Source: a virus
IMG/VR virus record: IMGVR_UViG_3300046168_000070
Span: 96,001-160,000 of that record
DNA length: 64,000 nucleotides
Reading direction: 5' to 3' (one strand)
Below the pieces are notes generated by a model. The model made no database searches. It was not told the origin of the DNA and saw nothing but the letters and a program-made list of their open reading frames with translations. Positions 15,876-26,649 of the stretch are shown piece by piece. Positions within the stretch are counted from its first letter, which is position 1. Each line of letters opens with the position of its first letter. The position numbers and the translations under genes are program-made.

Positions 15876-17740
15876 GCTGGGAACCAGGAAATCAACCAAA
15901 CAATCCTTTTAAGGAGGATATAAATAAATTACTTTTAGATAAAGGTTTTCTAGAAGAAGAAGAAGCTAAAATATTGTTATATCAATTTTTAAGAGAAAAT
16001 ATAACTTTCACAACTAGTTTATTGTCAGGAGTAGATTTATTTCCATTTCAACACATGGCGATTAAGGGTATGTTTGAAACTGACTACTTCCTAGGTATTT
16101 GGAGTCGGGGTATGTCAAAATCTTTTACTACAGGAATTTACGCCTTCCTGGACGCTATACTTAATCAGGGCGTAGAGATAGGGATATTAGCTGCTTCATT
16201 TAGGCAGTCAAAGCAAATATTTAAAAAAATTGAAGATATTGCAAATAAACCTCAGGCAAAAATGCTTGCAGGCTGCATTACTAAAAAAAGCAAGAGTAAT
16301 GATGAGTGGTTGATGGAAATAGGTAGAAGCAGAATCAGAGCTCTGCCATTAGGCGATGGTTCCAAGCTTCGTGGTTTTAGATTTCATAGAATCATTATTG
16401 ATGAGATGTTGTTAATGCCTGAAAGAGTATACAATGAAGTTATCGTGCCATTCTTGTCTGTTGTTGAAAATCCTACCCAAAGAGAGGAGTTATTTAACCT
16501 TGAAACAAACTTGATAAAAAAAGGCGAAATGACTGAAGATCAAAGATATAGATGGCCTAACAATAAATTAATAATGTTATCATCCGCTAGTTATAAATTT
16601 GAATATTTGTATAAATTATATTCTAATTTCGAAGATTTGATATTAAATCATGTTGACCATAAAGATGGCTCTAATGCTAGGAGATCTATTATGCACTTTA
16701 GTTATGATTGCGCTCCTAAGCAATTGTATGATGTTAATTTGATTAATCAATCTAAAGCTACAATGAGTCAATCTCAGTTTGATAGAGAGTTTAATGCTAT
16801 ATTTACAGATGATAGCAGTGGATATTTTAAGACTTCTAGAATGGCGGAATGCACAATAAAGGATGGAGAAGGGCAGTGTGTGGAAATAGCGGGCGAACCT
16901 GATGCAAAATATATTTTAGCTATTGACCCTAGCTGGGCAGAAAGTGAAAGCTCTGATGATTTTGCTATGCATATATTAAAATTAAATGATGAAAAGCGAA
17001 ATGCGACCGTAGTCCATAGTTATGCAATGTCTGGAACTCGTTTACAAGATCATATGTTCTATTTTAAATATCTTATAGAAAAATTTAATATTGTTAGTAT
17101 TGTAGCTGACTATATGGGAGGCGTTCAATTTATTAATGCTGTTAATGAAAGCTCTATGTTTAAAAAAGATAATATTAACTTTAAACAAATAGATGTTAAT
17201 TTTGATGACTTAAATGATTATCAGAATGTCCTTAAGGGAGTTAGGCAACAATATAACCAACAGGACAGAAGAATTTGTTTCCTAAGAAAACCTAGTTCTG
17301 ACTGGATAAGAAGAGCGAACGAATCTCTTCAGGCGAATTTCGATCATAAAAGATTGTGGTTTGCGTCAAGAGCTATTGACGAAGATTATGCTATGCAACG
17401 CAGAAAGAAAATACCAATCACGAAATTAAAATTTTTAAAAAATGAAGAAAAGAATCAGTCTCCCCAATCTAAAATGATTGACCTCATTGAGCATCAATAC
17501 GATCTAATGAACTTAACCAAGTCTGAGTGTGCTCTGATTCAAATAAAAACTTCTCCCCAAGGAACTCAGACATTTGACTTGCCTGACAATTTAAAAAGAC
17601 AAACGGGCCCCGAAAAAACTAGAAAAGACTCTTACTCTGCATTAGTTCTAGGCAACTGGATGACTTCATTGTACTATGAATTTATGAATGTCGATTTGAC
17701 TCCAAAGTACGTAGACTTTACGCCAATGTTTATAAAATAA
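15872..17740 (+). CDS. terL: Terminase large subunit (start revised to 15872)
   Basis: SRGMSKS Walker A; LRGFRFHRIIIDE Walker B; AIDPSW RNase H-like; RKDSYSAL. Confidence 0.9.
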   Translation: MSWEPGNQPNNPFKEDINKLLLDKGFLEEEEAKILLYQFLRENITFTTSLLSGVDLFPFQHMAIKGMFETDYFLGIWSRGMSKSFTTGIYAFLDAILNQGVEIGILAASFRQSKQIFKKIEDIANKPQAKMLAGCITKKSKSNDEWLMEIGRSRIRALPLGDGSKLRGFRFHRIIIDEMLLMPERVYNEVIVPFLSVVENPTQREELFNLETNLIKKGEMTEDQRYRWPNNKLIMLSSASYKFEYLYKLYSNFEDLILNHVDHKDGSNARRSIMHFSYDCAPKQLYDVNLINQSKATMSQSQFDREFNAIFTDDSSGYFKTSRMAECTIKDGEGQCVEIAGEPDAKYILAIDPSWAESESSDDFAMHILKLNDEKRNATVVHSYAMSGTRLQDHMFYFKYLIEKFNIVSIVADYMGGVQFINAVNESSMFKKDNINFKQIDVNFDDLNDYQNVLKGVRQQYNQQDRRICFLRKPSSDWIRRANESLQANFDHKRLWFASRAIDEDYAMQRRKKIPITKLKFLKNEEKNQSPQSKMIDLIEHQYDLMNLTKSECALIQIKTSPQGTQTFDLPDNLKRQTGPEKTRKDSYSALVLGNWMTSLYYEFMNVDLTPKYVDFTPMFIK

Positions 17741-17807
17741 AAGTTAAAAGTAACTTTAAAAGTAACTTTTTTTACTTATTATAATATATAGGTGTAATTC
17801 TCGACAA

Positions 17808-19772
17808 ATGGCTAAAAGAAAATATACTAAGAAATCTGAATACTGGAAAAAGTTTGACCAAAGTCAACCTTTGGACAATATAATGATATCAAATTCTGCT
17901 CAATGGTCTCCAGAGTTATCTGGAGAAGGATTTTACCAATCGATAGCGAGTGAATACAGTAGAGGTGGTAAAGTCGATACCCAAACAAGAAAGAATCGAG
18001 CGGCTTTAGGCACAAAGGCTTCTAAATACGAAAACATTCATAAGGGGCTGCTTCCATACCATTTCAGCGCAGAAGGGATACATATCAGAGAAGCTATTGA
18101 ATTGTGCCAAAAAGCTTACTGTAATATTTCTATATTTAGAAACGCAATTGATATTATGTCTGAATTTGCTAATGCAGAAATTATGCTAGAGGGCGGTAGT
18201 GAAGTTGCTAGAAATTTTATACAAAAATGGTTTGACAAAATTAACTTATGGTTTTTAAAAGATCAATTTTTTAGAGAGTATTATCGATCAGGAAATGTTT
18301 TCCTATATACCTTAGAAGGTAAAATTGATTTAAATGATTTGAGAAGATCTTACAGAACAGAGATTCTTGGACTCAAAGGTAAAATTCCATTAAGGTATAT
18401 CATCCTAAATCCATATGACATCGTAAGAAGGCATAGCTCTTCATTTTCTGACTCTTTGTATGAAAAGATATTAAGCGAGTATGAGATAGAAAGGCTAAAA
18501 AGCCCAAAGAACGATTTAGATAAGCAAATATTTGAATCCTTGTCTCCTGAGGCTAAGAAGAAAGTTAAGGACAATGCTTACTTGAGGGATGGTGTGAAAG
18601 TCCCTCTTGATCCTAAATATCTTAGATACTGCTTTTATAAAAAACAAGATTATGAGCCATTTGCTATTCCATTTGGATTTTCTGTTTTAGACGACATTAA
18701 CTTTAAGCTAGAGCTTAAAAAAATTGATCAAGCTATTACTAGAACAATCGAAAATGTGATACTCTTAATCACAATGGGGGCTGAGCCAGACAAAGGAGGA
18801 GTCAATCCAACTAACATGGTGGCTATGCAAAAGCTTTTTCAAAATGAAAGTGTTGGCAGGGTTTTAGTCAGTGACTATACAACTAAAGCACAATTTGTTA
18901 TACCAGAAATTAATAAGGTTTTAGGTGCTGAAAAATATGAGATTGTCAATCAAGATATCAAGGAAGGCTTGCAGAATATAATTGTTGGCCAAGAAAAATT
19001 CTCAAATACTGCAGTTAAGGCTGAAATATTCCTAGAAAGGTTAAAAGAGTCGAGGAATGCATTTTTAAAGCAATTTCTTCAGCCAGAAATTAATCAGATT
19101 TGCAAAAACTTAGGAATGAAATCTATACCCCAAGCAAAATTTGAAGAAGTGAATGTTAAGGATGAAACACAACTTCAAAGAGTAACTACAAGATTAATGG
19201 AGATAGGAATACTGACTCCGCAGCAAGGTGTAGACGTTATGAAAACTGGAGTATTCCCAGAATCAAAAGAGATTTCGCCTGCTCAAGAAAAATTTGTAGA
19301 AGAGAGAGAAATGGGGTACTACAATCCTTTAGTAGGTGGAGTACCTATGATTGAAGGAGAAACTTCAACTCAGACACCTAAGTCTGCTGGTAGACCAACT
19401 GGCACGTCAGGAATTCCGAAAGAAGCTGCCGCTAAAGAAACGTATGGCAGAACAGATATACAAAATGTAGTATATGCAACTGAGCAATTCACAGAAGAAG
19501 CTAAGAAAATATTAAAAACTCATAAAAAAATAAAAAGATTAAATAAAGGGCATCAAAAACTTATAAGTGAATTATGTTCTAAAATAGTAGTATCTTCTGA
19601 GCAAGAAAATTGGAATAAAAACTTTGAAAGCGTTGTCAAAGATTCTGAAAAGATTATGGATTTAAATACTTTAGAAGGCGTAGATAAAATATGCTTAGAG
19701 CATCAAATAGAAGAATACCCAGCTGCACTACTATATCATAGTAAAAAAAATAAAAGCAAAAAATCTGTGTAA
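17808..19772 (+). CDS. Portal protein
   Basis: Follows terL; 654 aa; NAIDIMSEF, YAIPFGFSVLDDI; usual head-module synteny. Confidence 0.8.
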   Translation: MAKRKYTKKSEYWKKFDQSQPLDNIMISNSAQWSPELSGEGFYQSIASEYSRGGKVDTQTRKNRAALGTKASKYENIHKGLLPYHFSAEGIHIREAIELCQKAYCNISIFRNAIDIMSEFANAEIMLEGGSEVARNFIQKWFDKINLWFLKDQFFREYYRSGNVFLYTLEGKIDLNDLRRSYRTEILGLKGKIPLRYIILNPYDIVRRHSSSFSDSLYEKILSEYEIERLKSPKNDLDKQIFESLSPEAKKKVKDNAYLRDGVKVPLDPKYLRYCFYKKQDYEPFAIPFGFSVLDDINFKLELKKIDQAITRTIENVILLITMGAEPDKGGVNPTNMVAMQKLFQNESVGRVLVSDYTTKAQFVIPEINKVLGAEKYEIVNQDIKEGLQNIIVGQEKFSNTAVKAEIFLERLKESRNAFLKQFLQPEINQICKNLGMKSIPQAKFEEVNVKDETQLQRVTTRLMEIGILTPQQGVDVMKTGVFPESKEISPAQEKFVEEREMGYYNPLVGGVPMIEGETSTQTPKSAGRPTGTSGIPKEAAAKETYGRTDIQNVVYATEQFTEEAKKILKTHKKIKRLNKGHQKLISELCSKIVVSSEQENWNKNFESVVKDSEKIMDLNTLEGVDKICLEHQIEEYPAALLYHSKKNKSKKSV

Positions 19773-19780
19773 TGCTTTGT

Positions 19781-21388
19781 ATGAAAGCTCCTTTTAAATA
19801 TAAAACAACTTTTTCGCAGAGCTCGCTAGCTTCGCTTGAAATTGAGTCTGAAGAAGGTATCTCAACTGCTTCGCTAAAACCTCTTTTACCCCTCATCCCT
19901 GAAAATGTAAATCTTGAAAGAAATCTAGACTTGCTGGGTGTTGCTTTTAATGCTGCGGTTGCAAACAAATTTAATAATAATGGTGATGGAATTGAAACAG
20001 CGACAGCTGTAGCCATTAAAGATTATTTTATACACAAACCTGCGAACCTCGAGCACAATAGAGAGAATATAGTAGGCCATATTGTAAATGCTGGATTATC
20101 TGAATACAATTCTCAGTCTGGTAACTTGCTTGATGAGAAGGAAGTCGCTGGAACAAACGAGGCATTTAATATAGCTTTAGCGGCAGTAGTGTATAAAATA
20201 GCTAATCCTTCATTCGCTCAGTTGGTAGAAGATAGCGGAGACGAAGACTCGGATAACTATCAAGTAGTTTCTGCTAGCTGGGAGCTTGGTTTTAATAAGT
20301 ATTATATTGCATTAGGCAGTGATGACCTTAAGGAAGCTGAACTTATTACGGATGAAAACCAAATTAAAGAATTTTCACAATACTTGATTACTCAAGGAGG
20401 AGTAGGTAAAACTGAAGACGGAGTAAAAGTAAGCAGGTTGGTAATCGGAGATGTTTATCCTTTAGGAATTGGTTTTACCGCTAAACCAGCCGCCGATGTT
20501 AAAGGCGTCATTCATTATAACGATGATGACAAGGAAGAACAAAATAGCTTGGCATCGTATCCAAAAACGGAAAAAATAGAAATTAATAAGACCTTTTTAA
20601 ACCCTTTTTTACAAAAAGAATATAAAAAAATTTCCCAGAATAATAAAAAAGGGGTAATCTTACAAGATAACACAAAATTTAACATTATGGAATCACAAGA
20701 ATTAATTCAAGAATTCAAATCTGCATTAGCCGAGCACAAGTTCGACAAGGAAGCAGTCGCTTCTATGACAGAAACATTCACTCAAGCTATCAAGCAAAAA
20801 GATGAAGAGTATTTGTCAAACGTCGAAGCAGCAAAAAATGCGGAGGCAGAATTATTGAAGCAGCAAGAAGAGCTCAAGGCTTCTGTAGAAAAACTTCAAA
20901 CCGAGCTTAAAGAAGCTCAGTCTGCAGTTGAATCTTTAGAAGCTGAGAAGACTCAAGAGCTTATCAAAGCTACCTTCAATGAAAGAATGGGTGCCCTTGA
21001 TTCTGAGTACGATCTAGAAGACGAAGACAAAAAGATTGTTGCTTCAGAGTTGAACGAACTTGACGTATCTGCTGAATCATTTGCTGATTATAAGGCTAAG
21101 TTCGAAAAAGTGTGGCAGCACAAAAATAAAGCTTTCATTGAAGAGCAAGCGAAAGCTTTTCAAGAAAAATTAAACGAAGCTGTTGAAGCTAAATTAAAAG
21201 AAGTTCAAACTAGTGAAGCGTCAGAAGTTGAATCAACTGAAGAAGTAACACCTGAAGAAGTTCTTGATAACGCCGAAGCTTCTAATGTAGAAATTTCAAA
21301 TTCAAGCGAAACATTGTCTGAAGAGCCAGAAACTCTTACTGAGAGATTCCAAAAAGCTTTCAAAGACAACGTTGTTGTAAAATACTAA
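19781..21388 (+). CDS. Prohead protease-like N-terminal domain fused to coiled-coil scaffold
   Basis: NNNGD..KPANLEH..IVGH, SWELGF N-domain; long Glu/Ala coiled coil; between portal and capsid. Confidence 0.7.
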   Translation: MKAPFKYKTTFSQSSLASLEIESEEGISTASLKPLLPLIPENVNLERNLDLLGVAFNAAVANKFNNNGDGIETATAVAIKDYFIHKPANLEHNRENIVGHIVNAGLSEYNSQSGNLLDEKEVAGTNEAFNIALAAVVYKIANPSFAQLVEDSGDEDSDNYQVVSASWELGFNKYYIALGSDDLKEAELITDENQIKEFSQYLITQGGVGKTEDGVKVSRLVIGDVYPLGIGFTAKPAADVKGVIHYNDDDKEEQNSLASYPKTEKIEINKTFLNPFLQKEYKKISQNNKKGVILQDNTKFNIMESQELIQEFKSALAEHKFDKEAVASMTETFTQAIKQKDEEYLSNVEAAKNAEAELLKQQEELKASVEKLQTELKEAQSAVESLEAEKTQELIKATFNERMGALDSEYDLEDEDKKIVASELNELDVSAESFADYKAKFEKVWQHKNKAFIEEQAKAFQEKLNEAVEAKLKEVQTSEASEVESTEEVTPEEVLDNAEASNVEISNSSETLSEEPETLTERFQKAFKDNVVVKY

Positions 21389-21413
21389 AATTTATTAATT
21401 AAAGGAAATCAAA

Positions 21414-22040
21414 ATGGGACTAAGAATATTACCATTCAGACAGTACGACGAAAACGATGTTATTAATCTTTTTGCTGCCAAAAGCGGTCAAGAAGTTGAT
21501 AATCTCGATGATGCCCTAGGCACTGCAAAAGTGCATGGCGGAGTTTTCGTTCAAGTTGAAGTCGGAGACCTTAATAACGATCCAATTGAATATGGAGCTG
21601 ATTCCTACTTGGGCAAGACTGATTACCCCCATATAGGTGCCAACCAATATCCAACTGTTCCGCATAAGGTCGAACTCGCAGACGGATCCTCTAAAGCATT
21701 AGGGATCACTCTTAACCAAGTCGCTAAAGCTGACGAGAATGGAGAGAAGCTTCTCTATTATCCTCAAAAAGCTTTAGAAAATCACGCAGTGCTTCCTGGT
21801 CAAGCAGTACCTGTAGCTCGTAAGGGTATCTTTACTCTTCACGAATCTGCATTTGATGTTGCTGACTGGGGTACAGATGCCGCTATCGGAAATACGCTTG
21901 TCGTTACTAGTGACGGACAAGTTTCTGGACAGGCTGCTGCAGACGTTAGTGGTGTAGGAACCGTTCTCGCTACTGGATCTCGCTCAGAACCTCTTGGTTC
22001 TCTTAGCGGAAATTACGCAATTTGTGCAATTGATTGCTAA
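21414..22040 (+). CDS. Capsid decoration/minor head protein
   Basis: Directly upstream of MCP; ALGITL..V..DENGEKL; AVLPGQAVPVARKG. Confidence 0.6.
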   Translation: MGLRILPFRQYDENDVINLFAAKSGQEVDNLDDALGTAKVHGGVFVQVEVGDLNNDPIEYGADSYLGKTDYPHIGANQYPTVPHKVELADGSSKALGITLNQVAKADENGEKLLYYPQKALENHAVLPGQAVPVARKGIFTLHESAFDVADWGTDAAIGNTLVVTSDGQVSGQAAADVSGVGTVLATGSRSEPLGSLSGNYAICAIDC

Positions 22041-22061
22041 ACTAAAGGAGAAATTACGAAA

Positions 22062-23174
22062 ATGAATATTACATTAAAAAGAACAGAAGAGCAAGTTGAA
22101 CTCGTAAAAGCAATGGCTTCGAAAAATCGCGAAACCGCATATGAGGCTCAAGCAGCTCTAGCAGCTTTCTTGGCTCCAGTGTTGGCAGAAGTAATTAACA
22201 ATGCTCCTACTTTGAGTAACTTGTTTCAAACTTTATCTTTCGATGCAGATGATAATCCAAGTATTCCATTGGATCTTTACTATGACGTAGAGGATGAAGA
22301 TTACATCCAGGTTTACAGCCAGTCTGTACCAGGTGGTCTTCCAACCAGTCAAGTACAACCTAGCTTCAGCGAAATGAAGGTAACTACTTACAATCTTGAT
22401 AGCGCAGTATCTTTCGACAAGAAATATGCAGCAAAATCTCGTCTTGATGTAGTTGGTAAAACCTTTACTCGCGTTGCTCAAGAGCTTTTGCTTAAGCAAG
22501 AGCGTACTTCGGCTAACTTGATCATGGGAGCTTTGAAAAAAGCCGAAACCAATGGTCAAAAACACGTTATTGACTGCTCTGTAGACAAAAGAGTTATGCT
22601 TGACGATTTTAATCGCCTTATGACTCTTGCTAAAAGAATCAACACTTCTTACAGTGGCGGAACCCCAACTGATCGCAGAAGTGGAGTTACAGACCTTATT
22701 TGTTCACCAGAAGTAGTACAAGAGCTTCGCTCCTTGGCCTACAACCCAGTGAACACAAAAAATGCAGCTGGAACTGATGCTGTTGCAGGTAATCCTCCGA
22801 TTGCTGCTACTGACGATATGCGTGAAAGCATTTATAACAATGCTGGAATTCCTGAGTTCTATGGCGTTTCCATTATGGAAATCAATGAGCTTGGTGATGG
22901 TCAAAAGTACAACAAGATCTATAGCACAATTTCTGGTTCAGCTTTAAGCAGTGGCGAAGAAATTATTCTTGGTCTTGATCGTAGCCGTGACTCTCTCATG
23001 AGAGTTCTTTCTCGCGACTCTGAGAGTGGCGCTGAAATGAGCCTTGTCGCAGATGATCAGTACAGTGTTCGTCAGCAAAAAATCGGATACTATGGATCCC
23101 TTGAAGAAGGACGCGTCATCCTTGATGATCGTGCTCTTTACGGATTGGTCGCTTCAGGCCTTACTGGAATTTAA
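22062..23174 (+). CDS. Major capsid protein (HK97-like)
   Basis: 370 aa, strong SD, high-expression codon usage, position, followed by terminator. Confidence 0.85.
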   Translation: MNITLKRTEEQVELVKAMASKNRETAYEAQAALAAFLAPVLAEVINNAPTLSNLFQTLSFDADDNPSIPLDLYYDVEDEDYIQVYSQSVPGGLPTSQVQPSFSEMKVTTYNLDSAVSFDKKYAAKSRLDVVGKTFTRVAQELLLKQERTSANLIMGALKKAETNGQKHVIDCSVDKRVMLDDFNRLMTLAKRINTSYSGGTPTDRRSGVTDLICSPEVVQELRSLAYNPVNTKNAAGTDAVAGNPPIAATDDMRESIYNNAGIPEFYGVSIMEINELGDGQKYNKIYSTISGSALSSGEEIILGLDRSRDSLMRVLSRDSESGAEMSLVADDQYSVRQQKIGYYGSLEEGRVILDDRALYGLVASGLTGI

Positions 23175-23202
23175 TTCCCCAAAACTTAACCCTTAACCAA
23201 AG

Positions 23203-23226
23203 AAGCTCGCTACGGCGAGCTTTTTT
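23203..23226 (+). terminator. Intrinsic terminator after capsid gene
   Basis: AAGCTCGC-TACG-GCGAGCTT then TTTT. Confidence 0.9.
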
Positions 23227-23289
23227 GTTTTCTATTAAACTTGAAAAAAGTGTATATTCATTGTATAATAAAAAGGAAAGGTAAAAGGT

Positions 23290-23721
23290 ATGAAAAAAAC
23301 AAACACAAAGAAGAGTTCGCCAAAAGCTCAGTCAAAAGCTTCTAAGAAGCCTAAGAAAAATTTGATCGAAGAATTACAATCTATGGAACAAACTACAGGT
23401 AAAGAATACATTCAGAAAACTAAAGAGCTTGAAGACATTCTTGGAGTAAAAGAAGTTAATCCATTCAAAACAGCAAATGCAAGCGTATTCCAAGAAAACT
23501 TGTCAGAAATGACTCTTGTAGATATGCAGTCATTAGCAGTAAGAGTCGGCGTAATGCCTTCAGCTAATCGCACTAATTTAAAAAAGAGATTAATGAAGGA
23601 GTTTGAGCACAGAAATAAATCTAGAACAATTATCGGAGGAGCTGATTCTAGGCAGGTTGGGCTTAACACAAACAGCCCTGACTTTAAGGAAGTATCTAAA
23701 ATATTAAGAGAGGGAATGTAA
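23290..23721 (+). CDS. Basic protein with Rho_N/HeH-like motif
   Basis: LSEMTLVDMQSLAVRVGV..NLKKRLMKEF; TTGAAA-17-TATAAT promoter at 23241-23269. Confidence 0.6.
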   Translation: MKKTNTKKSSPKAQSKASKKPKKNLIEELQSMEQTTGKEYIQKTKELEDILGVKEVNPFKTANASVFQENLSEMTLVDMQSLAVRVGVMPSANRTNLKKRLMKEFEHRNKSRTIIGGADSRQVGLNTNSPDFKEVSKILREGM

Positions 23722-23722
23722 A

Positions 23723-24187
23723 TTGAGTAATATAGGAGATTTAGCTCAGGAAATATTTGATCATGAATTTGATTCAGACACAGAAGTTGCTACAGTATCT
23801 TCTATTTCTGGATGGTTAGACTCTCATATAGGCAATCTTAATACTATGATACATACATCCTTTGATGTTGTCAATGGTGTTATTGAGCCTGAAGCTGACT
23901 TCAAAAATGAAGAAAAAGCTATATATCGAGCGATGTACCTAAAAAACTTCAACTCATCAATGTCTCGAAAAACTCTGCAGGGAGCCACTAAATCAAGCGA
24001 CTTTATACAAATACGTGACTCCGATGGCTCGATGATCGTAAGACCCAATAAGAACACTGCAGCGGGCGCATACAGATCTTTAGCTAGCGGTTATGATCAA
24101 GAACTAAAAGAATTGGTTTCTGCATACCTTTCTTTTGAAAGCAAGCCAATACAAGTTGCAGGAAACGACGCTCCATCAAGCCAATAA
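23723..24187 (+). CDS. Head-tail connector-like protein
   Basis: Helical 154 aa after capsid; EEKAIYRAMYL. Confidence 0.5.
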   Translation: MSNIGDLAQEIFDHEFDSDTEVATVSSISGWLDSHIGNLNTMIHTSFDVVNGVIEPEADFKNEEKAIYRAMYLKNFNSSMSRKTLQGATKSSDFIQIRDSDGSMIVRPNKNTAAGAYRSLASGYDQELKELVSAYLSFESKPIQVAGNDAPSSQ

Positions 24188-24201
24188 GTGTAATTTAGAA
24201 T

Positions 24202-25668
24202 GTGGACAGAACATACAACACTAGCTTACAAGGCCTTACAACTACTTGGCCACAAAGAAACGGTCAATACTTAGCTCCTGATTACGGTTATTCTGCTTCG
24301 TATGAAGGAGCTATCCGAATGTTTAGTTACGGAGATGGTTTTTATGCAATTTCGCCTAAAGGTGTAAATAATATAACGTTTTCTCTATCTTTAAATTATA
24401 GTAATTTGCACGATAGTGAAGCTAGGCAAATTATAGATTTTTTAGAGACTTCTAAGGGCCTTGATTTTCCCTTTGTTCCTCCTGACCCATTTTGCAAAAA
24501 AAATATATTTAGATGCGTAGGATTTTCTCATACTTTTAATAAAGAGAATTTAAATAATATATCTATCAATTTAAAAACAAACAAGCAGAGCTCTTTAAAT
24601 ATAGAGTCCGCTGTCCCTAGTTCGTCAGAAACGTTATTGGACGCTCCTCGAGCTACAGAATCACATACTATGTATTTATCAATTAATTCTGATAGTGTGT
24701 CGAACTTTTTACCATCAAATAGTGCAGAACATTATAAAAATTATTCTGATTATTGTAAAATAGGCTATAAAGAATACTTGAGAAGTATATTCACTAGAGA
24801 AGAGATGTTAAAGGTTTTGAATAATGATTTTACTGATGGTATTTTAAGTCTTCCCTGGTATACAATGGGGCTTATAGAAAGAGCTGCTTTAGACACTTAT
24901 GGGATGCCTGATAGTACCAACGATGTCAGATCAATACATCCTGGTTATTATGATCCTCCTAGCTCAACTGATAATAACTCTAAGCCTTTTGAAATCAGAG
25001 TTGTTCCTTGGACGCAACCTTTTGGGTATCATACGCCTGATGACACTCTTTACGCTACCTCGATATACGTAATCAATGGGCTAAACTATCTTTCGCAGTG
25101 GGCCTACCCTAAGGATATAGTAGTATTTAAGCCTGATTATGAAGCGCAGACTTTTGATAAATATTATTATTGCAAGAAAAGTCATTTTGCAAGGCCGCTA
25201 CAGAGCGCTTTCAATTCTTGGCTAGACGGATCAAGTTTAGATACTGGCAGTGGTACATGGGTAGATGATCACAGAATTCCAGGTAGTACCGATGAAAGAC
25301 ATTGGACTAAAAACTTTTTTTGGGAACCTAGTTACGCCTCTACAATTTCTCAACAATCAAGAATACTAAGTAAGGTTTATGATGGAGAAAAAGTCGAGGT
25401 TCTATCTGACGGAAGAAATACAAACCCGCTAGTATTCGATGTTCAGTTTAATAACAGAGACGATAGAGAAGCTTATGCAATTTTACATTTTCTCGAAAAT
25501 AGAAAAGGTTATGTCCGCTTTAAATGGGATTCTGTACCAGAAATTTATGATGTCGCAGATAGATACTTTCTATGCAATGCTTGGAGTTTTTCTAAAAGAT
25601 ATATAGACAATAACTCTATCAAGGCTACTTTTATTGAAGACGCGCTTGGGGCTGATTTAGGTTATTAA
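24202..25668 (+). CDS. Distal-tail/lambda gpM-like protein with two gpM-like repeats
   Basis: YGDGF..GVN..F.L....EARQIIDFLE..KG..FPF and YDGE..GRN..FDVQF..EAYAILHFLE..KG..FKW. Confidence 0.7.
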   Translation: MDRTYNTSLQGLTTTWPQRNGQYLAPDYGYSASYEGAIRMFSYGDGFYAISPKGVNNITFSLSLNYSNLHDSEARQIIDFLETSKGLDFPFVPPDPFCKKNIFRCVGFSHTFNKENLNNISINLKTNKQSSLNIESAVPSSSETLLDAPRATESHTMYLSINSDSVSNFLPSNSAEHYKNYSDYCKIGYKEYLRSIFTREEMLKVLNNDFTDGILSLPWYTMGLIERAALDTYGMPDSTNDVRSIHPGYYDPPSSTDNNSKPFEIRVVPWTQPFGYHTPDDTLYATSIYVINGLNYLSQWAYPKDIVVFKPDYEAQTFDKYYYCKKSHFARPLQSAFNSWLDGSSLDTGSGTWVDDHRIPGSTDERHWTKNFFWEPSYASTISQQSRILSKVYDGEKVEVLSDGRNTNPLVFDVQFNNRDDREAYAILHFLENRKGYVRFKWDSVPEIYDVADRYFLCNAWSFSKRYIDNNSIKATFIEDALGADLGY

Positions 25669-26636
25669 CGAACAGATTCTTTGATTGTCACAGTACCTTC
25701 CATAAAGCCATTCTGGCTAATGGATATTTCTTGGGTATCTATTTGACCAGCAATTGTTAATACTCGATTAATTTCTTGCCCAGGTTGATTCTCTGCACCA
25801 ATTGCTTTTAATAAAATGCTAATTGTGGCATTTCTTTTATCATGACCCTTAAAGTCAATAACCTTCCCAATATCTTCGCCTTGAACAGTAACCTCTCTAT
25901 TTATGTTACCGAGATTAACTTCTACGGGATGTTTTTTGCCTACTACATAAATAGGTATTCTCTCATACGATTCTGTCCAGCTAATAGACACTGGGTGCTC
26001 AATTCCAATGGTTGCTCGATTATAACCATTTAATTCAGTCGTAACGTGATTCTGAGTGTTTAGTGGAGTTATGCTTATATCTGGTTCAGCAGGAGGAACT
26101 GCAGGGGTAAATGTACCCCCCTCTAACTCATCTGGATTAGTTGTGCCTATATTTCTGTAATCATCATTCACGCTAGCTGTTGAGCTGCCATCTCTGTCTG
26201 ATGTCATTTTATAAATAGAGAAATCAGCGCTTATACTTGCTGGTTTATAAGGCTCTAATGTTAAATTAAAAGAATTAAGATATGTTTGCCCAAAATTAAA
26301 ACCCGCCAACCTTCCGTACAACTCATCCGCTTCCCCAGTTTTACTTATAATTTGATCGCTATTACCGTTTAAATAAAAATCTGTATTTAAGCTCGCAGTG
26401 AGTGGAGCGTCAGGGAAATATCTATGCAGTTGAGATTGTCCTAAAGTCCTCATTGGAGGAACTGAGGCTGATACTTGTAGGCCAGCGCTTGTTGAATAAA
26501 TATAATCGTTTGCGCTTGCATTAACTGGATAGTCTGGATAGTCTGCAGCGTTAGCTCTAGAGTGATAGCTCGTGCCAACCGCTCCTATATAAAGCGGTGT
26601 TTCTGTATATCTATAGAAACTTCTTTGGTTACTCAT
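25665..26636 (-). CDS. Tail-tube-fold protein (paralogue)
   Basis: YERIPIYVVGKKHPVEV matches PREPIYVVGKDRPVEV of 37158 ORF. Confidence 0.6.
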   Translation of the reverse strand: MSNQRSFYRYTETPLYIGAVGTSYHSRANAADYPDYPVNASANDYIYSTSAGLQVSASVPPMRTLGQSQLHRYFPDAPLTASLNTDFYLNGNSDQIISKTGEADELYGRLAGFNFGQTYLNSFNLTLEPYKPASISADFSIYKMTSDRDGSSTASVNDDYRNIGTTNPDELEGGTFTPAVPPAEPDISITPLNTQNHVTTELNGYNRATIGIEHPVSISWTESYERIPIYVVGKKHPVEVNLGNINREVTVQGEDIGKVIDFKGHDKRNATISILLKAIGAENQPGQEINRVLTIAGQIDTQEISISQNGFMEGTVTIKESVR

Positions 26637-26649
26637 ATTCTATATTACA

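Noticed and set aside
17740-17775. AAAGTTA-AAAG-TAACTTT hairpin and AAAAGTAACTTT direct repeat between terL and portal
   Set aside because: All-AT stem, too weak to call a terminator or operator from a single instance.
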